Source: Armatimonadota bacterium (lineage in GTDB: Bacteria; Armatimonadota; DTGP01; JAHWJO01). From it: a DNA stretch of 17,673 nucleotides. The notes below the pieces were generated by a model. It was not told the origin of the DNA. It saw only the letters and a list, made by a program, of their open reading frames with translations, and did no database searches. Shown here one piece after another: positions 1 to 8,299 of this stretch. The position numbers and the translations under genes were made by a program. Positions within the stretch are counted from its first letter, which is position 1, and each line of letters begins with the position of its first letter. The stretch spans positions 1 to 17,673 of the forward strand of contig JAHWJO010000024.1 of the NCBI GenBank assembly GCA_019348365.1, read 5' to 3'.

Positions 1-1
1 A

Positions 2-154
2 AAGGCCGAACTCCGCCGCCGCCGGTTGATTCCATCCGTTCAGGTAGAGTTTGCGGCCGTTGACGTAAGTAATCTCACCGGTCGGCGCGAGGTGATCCAG
101 GTAGAGGTCCATGCCGGAGTCGATCTGTTTCAACTCCCCTCCCGGCGAGCGCAT
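2..154 (-). CDS. 5' end of an unidentified protein-coding gene that runs off the left edge. N-terminal ~51 aa: MRSPGGELKQIDSGMDLYLDHLAPTGEITYVNGRKLYLNGWNQPAAAEFGL
   Basis: Not in the supplied ORF track; found by reverse-complementing 1-160 by hand. The frame is open from the ATG at 154 to the window edge. About 78% of third positions are G/C, like the confident genes here. GGAG sits 8 nt upstream of that ATG. The neighbouring ATG at 158 is in a frame that stops after 28 codons. I do not recognise the product. Confidence 0.4.
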   Translation of the reverse strand, partial: MRSPGGELKQIDSGMDLYLDHLAPTGEITYVNGRKLYLNGWNQPAAAEFGL

Positions 155-315
155 CCATAATTCTCCAGGGGAAGCGGAAGTCTCCCACCGACTCCTCCGT
201 ATCCATTGAGAGGTCCGTCTCCCGGTACCCGGGGCGCGAGGGAGGAGCATGGGAAGAGGGAGAGATCTTATCCCGATGTTCCGGTCTCCCCCTCTATCGT
301 CAGGGCGGGCTGAGC

Positions 316-3300
316 TCAGGGGCAGGCAGGGAACGCCTCGCCGAAGGTGATGTGCCGCAGGATCAGCACCGCGTCCCCCACATTCACCGCTCCCGAACAG
401 TTCACGTCCGCCGCGCTCCTCACGCACCCGTTCGTCGGGACCTCGATCTCCGCCGCCACCCGCAACACGTAGATCGCGTCCCGGATGTCCACCGCCCCAT
501 CCCCGTTCACGTCCCCTTTCCCTCTCGTTTCACACGGCGCCACCATCAGGCTCCCCGGAGCCGTCCGCCCGGCGAGTTCCGTTACCTCTCCCCGCCGGTC
601 CGACACTTCCACCCGCACCGCCTCAATCCGATACTCCGTCCCCGGAGCCGTGGAGGTGGAAGGCGTGAGCTCCAGCCGCAGCACGTCCGCCGGACCCGTC
701 AGCGGGGTCGGGCTGGCCAGGGTGAAGTGCCAGGGGTCGTTCGGATCCGGGGCTACGTTCCAGCCCTGAGTGGCCGCAGTCAGGCGGAAGCGGGGGGCCA
801 GCGGAGGGGCGCCGTCGGGACCGACGGCTTTCAGGCGCAGGTTCAGGCCCGCCACTTCGGAGACGGCTTCGGTCAGGGAGATCATCACCTCCCCGGCTTC
901 CCCGGGTCCGGTCCTGCCGCTGCCGATCACAAGCTGCGGCACGATCACGTTGAGGCTGACGGTAGCGAGGGGGCTCTCCAGCGTCCCGTCGGTGGCTCTG
1001 TAGGTGAAGCTGTCCGATCCGGTGTAGCCGGGAGTGGGCGTGTAGGTCAGGTGCGAAGCCGTGCCGGAGAGGGAGCCGTGCTGCGGCGGGTTGACCACGG
1101 CAAACGTGAGGGGGTCGCCCTCCGCATCGGTGGCGGAGAGTTGGAAGGAGAGGGAGCGGTCCCGGAAGGTGAGGAGGGCGAGATCCAGAGCTTGGGGCGG
1201 GTCATTGACGGGAGTGACGGTGAGGGAGACGGTGGCGGTGTTGCTGTCGGCCTTCCCATCATGGGCTTTGAAGGTGAACGAATCGCTCCCGTGAAAATCT
1301 TTCGCGGGGGTGTAGGTGATCTGGTTGCCGCTTACAGCGCTGAGGGTGCCGTGGGACGGACCCGTCACAACGGAGTAGGTGAGGGGATCGTTCTCCGGGT
1401 CCGAAGCGGCCAGGGTGAGAGTGACGGGGGTGTCCTCGGCAGTGGCCGCGCTCTGATCCTGAGCCACCGGCAGGTCATTGACCGGAGCGACGGCGAGCGT
1501 CACCGTCGCCGTATTGCTGTCCCATGTGCCGTCGTTCGCCCGGAAGGTGAACTGATCCGGGCCGTGGTAGTTCGGGTGCGGGGTGTAGGTGAGGTGGGGG
1601 GCCGTGCCGGATAGAACGCCGTGGGCAGGCGGCGTCAGGACGACGTACGTCAGAGGTTCTCCGGCGCCGGGGTCCGAGGCGGTGAGGGGGATCGCTTTCG
1701 GGGCGTCTTCGTCCAGCGCGATGTTCTGATCCTGAGCGACGGGAGCGGTGCGATTGAGCTTGAGCGTGAGGGTCTGGGGGGAGGAGGCGTTGCCCGCTTT
1801 ATCGACGGCATGGTAACTGACGGTCGTGAGCCCCTCCGTAGAGATTATGAAAGAGGCGGTATCCCCGTTCACCGTCGTCGAAGGAATAGGCTGAGCGCCG
1901 GTCGCCGAGTACTGGATGTGAGCCGGGCCGGAACCGGCATCGGAAGCCGTGAGGGTGAGGGTGACATCGCCGGTGTTCCACCCCCGGTCGTTCGGGGCCG
2001 GCGTGGCGGTCGCGGTGACGGTGGGAGGGGCCCTGTCTTCGTCGCTCCCGATAACAAAGAGGCTGCCCCCGGCTTTGAGATGCGGTTGCCCGCTCTGCCA
2101 GAAGATCTCGCCGAGGTTGAATCCGATCTCTGTTTCTGTCTTTGCGTTGAAGTCGGTCAGATAAAGTTTATGAGCCCCGAACTTGTAATACACTGAGGTG
2201 ACAGGACGGCCAAAGATGACCTCCCCATTCGGGCCCAGCGCCTTGAGGCCCGCTCCTTCAGCGAAGAAGCTCACCTTCCGGGTCTCGCCGGCGGGGGATC
2301 GCACCCAAACCTGGTTCTTGCTGCTGGGATCTTTTGCCTGATACGCAATCCAGCCATTGTTCAACTGCACCGGGGCGGGAAAAACGGAAGGGTCCGGAAT
2401 CACGGTAGCGAGGCGGATGTTCCCGGCGGGCGTATGCTGATAGAGGGTGTAATCGGTCGAGGTATTCGTTTCGATATAAACGATGTTCACGCCGTCGGTC
2501 CGGGCATATCCCTCCTTTGGCTGGGCGATCTGGATCAGAGATCCCGATCTCCACAGGAGGAGGTCATACGTCCCGGATGGATTCGTACTCACATATCTCT
2601 TCAGCAGCACGTCGCCATTCGGGCCAACGTCGGTGGGATTGATATAAGGCTGCGTGGTGATCGTGGTCTCCGCCCCGGTCACCAGGTTCCGAAGGCGGAT
2701 CTCGCTGCTGAGATTCTTCAAAACGGCATAATCCCCCTTGACCCATAACTGATCATAATTTCCGACCGGGATCCGCTGGCCGTCTCGCCACTCGTAAACA
2801 GTCGAACCCGATTTATAGATCGCGCCCCGGGGAGTCAAGTAGGCGTAAGGGGTTCCGTTGGTGTCATTCGGATCGATCGCCACATCTTCTCCGGTCCTCC
2901 GATCCCGAATGCGCAGGGCGTTCACTTTCAATTCTGAGGGGGCTCCCTCGGTCTGGTAGAGGAGGCGTTCGGGCGTCACATCCCGGATGTACGTGGCCGG
3001 AACTTTCTCCAATTGCCGGAAGCCCTTGTCCGGCACGACGGTGATCGGGACCGTCTTCCAGATCCGCAGCGAGGAGGTTCCTGCAAACACCGCCACCTTA
3101 TAGTCGCCCAGTGGGAGGTGAGATGTGGGCCGGACCACGTCCAGCTTGAGCACCCCCGGCGACTCCACGCAGGAGGGCATGCTGGCATCGCACCGGGCAA
3201 AAAAGGGCGTGCGATGCCCCGGATCGATCTCCGTCTCGATGTAGTCGCAGCTCCGGCATCGCGCGGTCACGCGCAGCTCGGATCGGGCGATCTCGCCGGG

Positions 3301-3699
3301 CTGGGGGGCGATGATTTCGATGGTGGGACGGATGAGGGTGAACGTCACCGAGTCCGTCGCCACATTGCCTCGCTGGTCTTCCACCCGCGCGGTGGCTGTG
3401 TACTCCCCGGAAGGCATATCAGTGAAGCTGACCGACCGTACGAACTGCTGGTACTCCTTGACACTGGTATTGAGCTGGACGGAGTAAGTCTTGACCGCGT
3501 AGGTAGTTTGCAATTGCGCGAAGACCAACACGTACCCGAACTCATTCGTGATCACTTGCCCGGGAGTGGGGGAGGTGATCTGGAGCGTCAGCTGGGCCTG
3601 CGCCCGCGAAGGGAGAAAGAGAAAGGACAACAGGAAGCCGACAAAAACGGCCCTCCACAGCGGCAGGCACAGGCGACGGACGGCAGAGCGAGCGGTCAT
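316..3699 (-). CDS. Large secreted cell-surface, adhesin-like protein (~1127 aa). It carries a Sec signal peptide, Ig-like domains and an aromatic-rich beta-strand region that may be a propeller. Three tandem ~95-aa cadherin-like repeats follow, with motifs PVNDxPxA and DP(E/G)(N/G)DPLTY. It ends with a putative cohesin-like module and a C-terminal type-I dockerin.
   Basis: The supplied ORF is 316-3858, but the first 53 codons precede a textbook signal peptide (MTARSAVRRLCLPLWRAVFVGFLLSFLFLPSRAQA|QLT). I verified the ATG at 3699 on the sequence (cat at 3697-3699 on the plus strand). The tandem repeats APVAQDQ...PLTYVV, PVAQDQS...DPLTYSV and PPQALDL...DPLTFAV are visible in the translation. 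The C-terminus holds two dockerin-type Ca-binding loops, DVNGDGAVDIRD and DVNCSGAVNVGD, each followed by a hydrophobic helix (AIYVLR / AVLILR). Confidence 0.85.
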   Translation of the reverse strand: MTARSAVRRLCLPLWRAVFVGFLLSFLFLPSRAQAQLTLQITSPTPGQVITNEFGYVLVFAQLQTTYAVKTYSVQLNTSVKEYQQFVRSVSFTDMPSGEYTATARVEDQRGNVATDSVTFTLIRPTIEIIAPQPGEIARSELRVTARCRSCDYIETEIDPGHRTPFFARCDASMPSCVESPGVLKLDVVRPTSHLPLGDYKVAVFAGTSSLRIWKTVPITVVPDKGFRQLEKVPATYIRDVTPERLLYQTEGAPSELKVNALRIRDRRTGEDVAIDPNDTNGTPYAYLTPRGAIYKSGSTVYEWRDGQRIPVGNYDQLWVKGDYAVLKNLSSEIRLRNLVTGAETTITTQPYINPTDVGPNGDVLLKRYVSTNPSGTYDLLLWRSGSLIQIAQPKEGYARTDGVNIVYIETNTSTDYTLYQHTPAGNIRLATVIPDPSVFPAPVQLNNGWIAYQAKDPSSKNQVWVRSPAGETRKVSFFAEGAGLKALGPNGEVIFGRPVTSVYYKFGAHKLYLTDFNAKTETEIGFNLGEIFWQSGQPHLKAGGSLFVIGSDEDRAPPTVTATATPAPNDRGWNTGDVTLTLTASDAGSGPAHIQYSATGAQPIPSTTVNGDTASFIISTEGLTTVSYHAVDKAGNASSPQTLTLKLNRTAPVAQDQNIALDEDAPKAIPLTASDPGAGEPLTYVVLTPPAHGVLSGTAPHLTYTPHPNYHGPDQFTFRANDGTWDSNTATVTLAVAPVNDLPVAQDQSAATAEDTPVTLTLAASDPENDPLTYSVVTGPSHGTLSAVSGNQITYTPAKDFHGSDSFTFKAHDGKADSNTATVSLTVTPVNDPPQALDLALLTFRDRSLSFQLSATDAEGDPLTFAVVNPPQHGSLSGTASHLTYTPTPGYTGSDSFTYRATDGTLESPLATVSLNVIVPQLVIGSGRTGPGEAGEVMISLTEAVSEVAGLNLRLKAVGPDGAPPLAPRFRLTAATQGWNVAPDPNDPWHFTLASPTPLTGPADVLRLELTPSTSTAPGTEYRIEAVRVEVSDRRGEVTELAGRTAPGSLMVAPCETRGKGDVNGDGAVDIRDAIYVLRVAAEIEVPTNGCVRSAADVNCSGAVNVGDAVLILRHITFGEAFPACP

Positions 3700-4336
3700 C
3701 AGCGTTTCTTGCCTTTCTAACAGGTCTTCCTGTCGATTTTTCTCATCGGGTGCATGAATGCAAGCCTCGGGAGATCGGGAGACGAGCCCCTCTTCTTCTG
3801 ACCGTTGCTCCGCTCGCTTTGTTTCCTCCCATTGCCTCAATTTTGCAGAACGCCTCATAGCGCGGAACAGCCATGTTCCTATTCATCCTTAACGCGCAAC
3901 CTGCCTTCCTCTCCCTCCCGCAGCTCCTTCTTCGCTCACGCTCTTCCCCTTGCGGCCCGGCACCTGGAGGCGTATCCGTCGAGGCTGACCGCAGCAACAC
4001 CGAGACGATGATCTTCACCGCGTGGGAGCGTGGGATGGAAATGGAGCTGACCCCCACGCCATTTGGGGGTGAATTCGAGGATCAATTCAATGATCGCTTA
4101 GAGGAGTACATCACTGTCGCGCGTGGATGGGCATCCCGGCATGCAGCCCGTCTGGCCGATCCGTAGGGCGCATTTCAAAATGATCAAGATCGACACCCGG
4201 CGACAAGACTCACTACGGATACGGTTCATATGAACGAAACCGGCAATCAGCTGAAGGAGCGGAGGGCTCCTCGCTCCGCGCATGCCGGATGCCCGGACCG
4301 GCGAAGTCTTCCGACTCTGATTCGCAAAGCAGAGCG

Positions 4337-4387
4337 TTGGGAAATTGGGGAGGGGCCGGAGGAGGGTTTAACTCCCTAATTTCCCAA
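4337..4387 (-). terminator. Long imperfect hairpin immediately 3' of the kinase gene. Arms are TTGGGAAATTGGGGAG and CTCCCTAATTTCCCAA, with a ~19-nt loop.
   Basis: A 16-bp inverted repeat with one mismatch starts 8 nt after the kinase stop codon at 4395-4397. On the minus strand it is followed by CGCUCUGCUUUGCG, only moderately U-rich, so the terminator call is tentative. Confidence 0.35.
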
Positions 4388-4394
4388 CTTCCCC

Positions 4395-6110
4395 TCATGA
4401 CTTCTGCTTGCGTTCGCTTCGTACGTCGTGGTCCGAGAGGAGGATGGAGATGACGAGCCAAACGCCGCCGCCCGCCGCCAGCATGAAGAGGATCATCGCC
4501 AGGCCGGGGTAGCCCCAGATCTGAAAGCGCGTCTGCACCTGCATGAGCATGGCCGCGCCGATGATCAACGACGCCAGGATCAGGCCCGTCGTGATCCGGT
4601 TCGCGATCTTTTGGAATCCATCGATCAGGGTCAGCTCGTCGATGGCCTCGACGTGGATTCTCAAGTTGTTGTTGGCGACGGCATCGAGGATCTTGTTCAC
4701 CCGTCCGGGCAATTCCTGGGTGAACTCGCGGGCTTCCATGGCGGTGGAGAAGAGGTTGCTCGGAGACATGCTCTTGAAGATCTGCCGCCGGGTGATCTCC
4801 GTCCCGTACTCCCGGATCGCTTCGTTCGGGTCGAAATTCGGGTCGAGGGTGCGCCCAATCTCGTCGAGGTTGAGCAGGGCTTTGCTCAACATCGTCAGCT
4901 CCGACGGAATCCGGATCCCGCTGTCGCCGGAGACCTTCGAGAGATCGGCCATCACCTGCCCGATCTTGAAATTCGCGACGGTGACGTTCTGGTTTTGGTT
5001 CACCAGGTCGGCGACCCGTTTTTTATAGGTCTTCTCGTTGAAGTCCTCCGTTTGTTCCCCGATACGCATGGCGATCTCGGCGGCTTCGTCGGCCCGGCCT
5101 TCGCTGACGGCGAGGAGGAATTTCAGGATCTCCTGCTGTTTCACGGGGCCGAGGTAACCGATCATCCCGAGATCGATCAGGGCCACCTTTCCGTCGTCGG
5201 TGAGGAGGATGTTGCCGGGATGCGGGTCGGCGTGGAAGATCCCGTCCACGAGGATCATCTTCAGGTACGCCCGGAAGACCTGCTCCGCCATCTCCTTCCC
5301 GTCGATCTCCATGCGGCCCAGGGGACTGAGGGCGGTGATCTTTTTCCCTCTGATGTAGTCCATCGTCAGGACGCGGGACGTCGAGAAATCCAGGACGGGG
5401 CGGGGTACGACGATCCGGTCGAATTCCTCCAGGTTCTCCCCGATCTGGAGAAGGTTCTGCGCTTCCTGCTGGTAATCCAGCTCCCGCAGGAGATTCTTCT
5501 GGAACTCCTCCAGCGACTCGCTGAAGCGGAATTTTCGCCCGAGGTCCGTCGCACTGTCCGCGAGGGCAGCAACGTTCCGCAGCACCTCCATGTCTTCTTC
5601 GACCCGTTCGCGGATGTCGGGGCGCTGCACCTTCACCACCACGGGACGGCCGTCCCGCAGGACGGCGCGGTGGACCTGCCCGAGCGAAGCGGTGGCGAGC
5701 GGCTCAGCGTCGAATTCCTGATAGGCTTTGGAGATGCGGACTCCCAGCTCGCTCTGGATCGTCTCCTCAATAGCGTCAAAGGAGACGGGGGCCAGCTCGT
5801 CCTGCAGCCGGGAGAGCGCCTTGACGTAATCCGGGGGGAGGAGGTCGGTGCGGGAGGAGAGCACCTGCCCGAGCTTCACGAAGATCGGCCCCATCTTTTC
5901 GAGATCGTGGGCGAGATCTTCGGCTTTGGGATCGACGGGCGCATCTTCATCAGCCTTGTGGCCGTTTTTATGGCCGTCGCCACCGGAGAGCATGCTTTCG
6001 AGGCCGGAATCCTTCAGGAGGTCGCCCCGGCCGTACTTCATGTACAGGCGCGCGAGTTCCTGGTACCGATGGAGATGCTTGAAATGTTCGGGGGTGAGCG
6101 TGAAGGCCAA
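4395..6110 (-). CDS. ABC1/UbiB-family atypical protein kinase (aarF-domain kinase) with a two-helix C-terminal membrane anchor.
   Basis: Family motifs are all present: ASLGQVHRAVL, VVVKVQRPDI (Lys-containing strand), IFHADPHPGNILL (catalytic loop) and IDLGMIG (DxG). The N-terminal stretch EHFKHLHRYQELARLYMKYG aligns in character with the UbiB N-terminus. C-terminal hydrophobic helices run LILASLIIGAAMLM ... LAMILFMLAAGGGVWLVISILL. The supplied ORF reaches ATGs at 6167 and 6185, but codon usage before ~6110 is weak. A TTG at 6110 (caa at 6108-6110) has a GGAGG Shine-Dalgarno 6 nt upstream and would leave ~77 aa before GPIFVKLGQ, as in E. coli UbiB. The true start is uncertain within 6110-6185. 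Confidence 0.88.
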   Translation of the reverse strand: MAFTLTPEHFKHLHRYQELARLYMKYGRGDLLKDSGLESMLSGGDGHKNGHKADEDAPVDPKAEDLAHDLEKMGPIFVKLGQVLSSRTDLLPPDYVKALSRLQDELAPVSFDAIEETIQSELGVRISKAYQEFDAEPLATASLGQVHRAVLRDGRPVVVKVQRPDIRERVEEDMEVLRNVAALADSATDLGRKFRFSESLEEFQKNLLRELDYQQEAQNLLQIGENLEEFDRIVVPRPVLDFSTSRVLTMDYIRGKKITALSPLGRMEIDGKEMAEQVFRAYLKMILVDGIFHADPHPGNILLTDDGKVALIDLGMIGYLGPVKQQEILKFLLAVSEGRADEAAEIAMRIGEQTEDFNEKTYKKRVADLVNQNQNVTVANFKIGQVMADLSKVSGDSGIRIPSELTMLSKALLNLDEIGRTLDPNFDPNEAIREYGTEITRRQIFKSMSPSNLFSTAMEAREFTQELPGRVNKILDAVANNNLRIHVEAIDELTLIDGFQKIANRITTGLILASLIIGAAMLMQVQTRFQIWGYPGLAMILFMLAAGGGVWLVISILLSDHDVRSERKQKS

Positions 6111-6183
6111 AGAGGTCCTCCGGCGAGGCTCCCCTTGTAGACAATGGGAGCGACAGATCGCCGACATGTGAGTTTGGGAGCAC

Positions 6184-6210
6184 AATTCAGAACTATTTAG
6201 AAGCTGAATT
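6184..6210. promoter_or_regulatory. AT-rich perfect 7-bp inverted repeat AATTCAG-N13-CTGAATT immediately upstream of the kinase gene start. Candidate operator site.
   Basis: This palindrome sits in an AT-rich 80-bp gap between the DUF4177-like gene and the kinase gene, in an otherwise GC-rich sequence. There is no U-tract after it, so it is not terminator-like. Confidence 0.25.
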
Positions 6211-6268
6211 ATTGTTCCGAATGGCGGGACATCTTAAACCGGAGGCCTCGCGGGCTGTTCCTACACTA

Positions 6269-6487
6269 TCACTCGCCCCCTTCGACACGCTGCTTCAGGA
6301 TGACGGTCGAGACCATCATGGACCCGTTCCAAACCTCCGAGAGCGCCTCGAATTCCCAGCCCTCCCCGGCGTAATCGTTCAGAACCGCTTCCAGGTCGTG
6401 TTCGGGGCGGCCGGGGGGCGGGGCCATGCCCCAGCGCCCCCAACCGGTCCGATGATGATAGAGCACGAGATATTCCCACTTCGCCAT
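6269..6487 (-). CDS. Small cytoplasmic protein (72 aa) resembling the DUF4177 family.
   Basis: The supplied ORF is 6269-6505. Starting at MAKWEY (ATG at 6487, verified by reverse complement) gives the N-terminal x-KWEY motif characteristic of DUF4177. A later AGEGWEFEALSEV segment fits that family's conserved GWEL core. Codon third positions are strongly G/C. The family assignment is from memory of the motif, not from a search. Confidence 0.65.
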   Translation of the reverse strand: MAKWEYLVLYHHRTGWGRWGMAPPPGRPEHDLEAVLNDYAGEGWEFEALSEVWNGSMMVSTVILKQRVEGGE

Positions 6488-6499
6488 GACGGCTCCCCG

Positions 6500-6544
6500 A
6501 TGCAAAAGGAGGAGATCCCGATTTCCTCATCAGGATCTCCTTCC
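6500..6544 (-). terminator. Probable intrinsic terminator of the protease gene.
   Basis: Arms are GGAGATCC (6511-6518) and GGATCTCC (6533-6540), extendable to aGGAGGAGATCC / GGATCTCCtTCC with one bulge, around a 14-nt loop. It lies 37 nt after the protease stop at 6585-6587 and is followed on the minus strand by UCCUUUUGC. Confidence 0.45.
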
Positions 6545-6584
6545 AGGTTGGGGATGTTTTCCGTTCTGATGTTCAGCGATGCCT

Positions 6585-8024
6585 CTAGAATCCGGCGTCG
6601 AGCTTCGCCACGACGCGGAGGATCTTGATCGCGTCGTTCACGTTCACCGATCCGTCCTTCACCACATCCGCCGCCTGGGCCTGCTCCGGGGTCAGCTCCT
6701 TGATCTGGACCGCCACCTGGAGAGTTAGGACCGCGTCCGATACGTCCACCTGCTTGTCGAGGTTGACATCTCCCGGAAGCGCCGTATCGAATCGGTAGTT
6801 GATCGCGGCCAAGGAATCCACCCGCCCGAAGCCGAATTCCTTGTCTTTCCCTTCCGGCCCCAGATCGACCGCCGTCTTTTCTATCGCTTCCCGGACCTGA
6901 TCCGCCGTGTAGTTCGGATGGGCCGACCAGACCAGCGCGGCCACGCCGGAGACGAGCGGCGTCGCCATCGAGGTCCCCTGCACGCCCTTGAAGCCACCTT
7001 TCGCCAGCGGGTAGGTGCTGTATATCCAGGCGAGGGGGTTATCCGGGACTTCATCATCGCTGGTGACCCCGCCCGGAGCCGCGACGGAGACGTAATCCTG
7101 GATTTGCGAGAAGGGCGAGCGCGTATCGTTCTGAGCAAGGGCCCCGACCGCCATCACGCCGGGGTACGCAGCGGGGTAGCTGATGGGATTGCCTTCCTCC
7201 GCCTCGTTGCCCGCCGCCGCCAGGATCAGGCCGTTCCGGTCCCTCACGTATTTAATCGCATCGGTGGTGACGGTAGTCGTGTCGGCTTCTTCCCCTCCGA
7301 GGCTGAGGTTGAAGATCTTCGCGCCGCGATCCGCCCCCCAGACCATTCCCTTCGCAATGTCGCTGTCTGCCATGCTTCCATCCGCGCCGGAGACCTTGAT
7401 CGGCATGATCTTTGCACCCCAGCTCACTCCCGCAATCCCGATCTCGTTGTTGGACATGGCCGCTGCCAGCCCCGCCACATGGGTCCCGTGCCCGTCCGCA
7501 TCGGTGGGCGGCTCCGCTTCGTTCACGGGATTGTAGCCGGGCACCAGCTTATCCTTCAGATCCGGGTGCTCCAGGTCGATCCCGGAGTCGAGGACGGCGA
7601 TGGTGATCTCCTCTGAACCGGTGGTGATGTCCCACGCCTCCGGCACCCGCATTTTGGAGAGATACCACTGGTGAGTGGCGAAGAAGAGGTCGTTCGAGGT
7701 GCCGAGCGGGCGGAAGAGCGTGTCTACAATCGCGTAGGCCACCTCCGGGCGAGCTTCCAGGCGGCTCGTCCATTCTCTTTCCTGCCCGGCCGGGACGGCG
7801 AGCACTTCGACCTGGATCTGCGGGATACGCTCGATGCGAGAGAGGCCGGTCTGGGCGAGGAGGCGCGATGCATCCGCTCCCGCCTGGAGGCGCACCAGCA
7901 CGCGACCGGGCTTGTAGGAGGGAGCCGGGGGAGGGGCGAAAAGGCCGGTGGAAATCCCGGCGTGCGCGGATGCGGAAACCGCTGCCGCAAGGATCAGCGA
8001 GGCGCAGAACTTTTTGAGATTCAT
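6585..8024 (-). CDS. Secreted subtilisin-like serine protease (peptidase S8) with a signal peptide, an I9-type propeptide and a C-terminal type-I dockerin.
   Basis: Catalytic triad motifs are present: IAVLDSGID (Asp), HGTHVAGLAAA (His) and GTSMATPLVSGVAALV (Ser), plus the oxyanion Asn in FNLSLGG. The supplied ORF is 6585-8048. I revised the start to MNLKKFCASLILAAAVSASAHA (cat at 8022-8024), which has GGAG 5 nt upstream. The last ~60 aa carry two dockerin Ca-binding loops, DVNLDKQVDVSD and DVVKDGSVNVND, each followed by AVLTLQ / AIKILR helices. Confidence 0.9.
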   Translation of the reverse strand: MNLKKFCASLILAAAVSASAHAGISTGLFAPPPAPSYKPGRVLVRLQAGADASRLLAQTGLSRIERIPQIQVEVLAVPAGQEREWTSRLEARPEVAYAIVDTLFRPLGTSNDLFFATHQWYLSKMRVPEAWDITTGSEEITIAVLDSGIDLEHPDLKDKLVPGYNPVNEAEPPTDADGHGTHVAGLAAAMSNNEIGIAGVSWGAKIMPIKVSGADGSMADSDIAKGMVWGADRGAKIFNLSLGGEEADTTTVTTDAIKYVRDRNGLILAAAGNEAEEGNPISYPAAYPGVMAVGALAQNDTRSPFSQIQDYVSVAAPGGVTSDDEVPDNPLAWIYSTYPLAKGGFKGVQGTSMATPLVSGVAALVWSAHPNYTADQVREAIEKTAVDLGPEGKDKEFGFGRVDSLAAINYRFDTALPGDVNLDKQVDVSDAVLTLQVAVQIKELTPEQAQAADVVKDGSVNVNDAIKILRVVAKLDAGF

Positions 8025-8299
8025 TTTTCTCCGATAAAGCCCGATCAAGAAGTAACTGAGAGAAGAAGCAGATATAGAGGAGACGCTAAGGATCTACTCT
8101 GCCAGTCTACAGCAGCAAGCAGTCAGGGTCAATATCGGGTGTCGGGTTTGTTTCATTGCTGTGGCCCCGGCGGCTTCAATGTTGGGTGTGAAATGCGGGA
8201 GTGGCCGGCGAATGAATTCGCAGCAACAACAGCACGAAGTCGCCCTCCGGCGACTCCACCTCCAGCCCTGACTTCTTCCGATCTCTTTTGAAGGGCTGG

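Noticed and set aside
352-1614. 420-aa plus-strand ORF, and several 60-90-aa ORFs, overlapping the large surface-protein gene
   Set aside because: They are antisense shadows of a gene with clear signal peptide, repeat and dockerin features. Their Arg/Pro/Gly-rich low-complexity translations are typical of wrong-frame reading of GC-rich DNA.
4428-6140. 570-aa plus-strand ORF antisense to the ABC1/UbiB kinase gene
   Set aside because: The minus-strand frame carries every kinase-family motif (GQVHRA, VKVQRP, HADPHPGN, DLG). The plus-strand translation is low-complexity (R/D/E/G/P-rich) with no recognisable domain.
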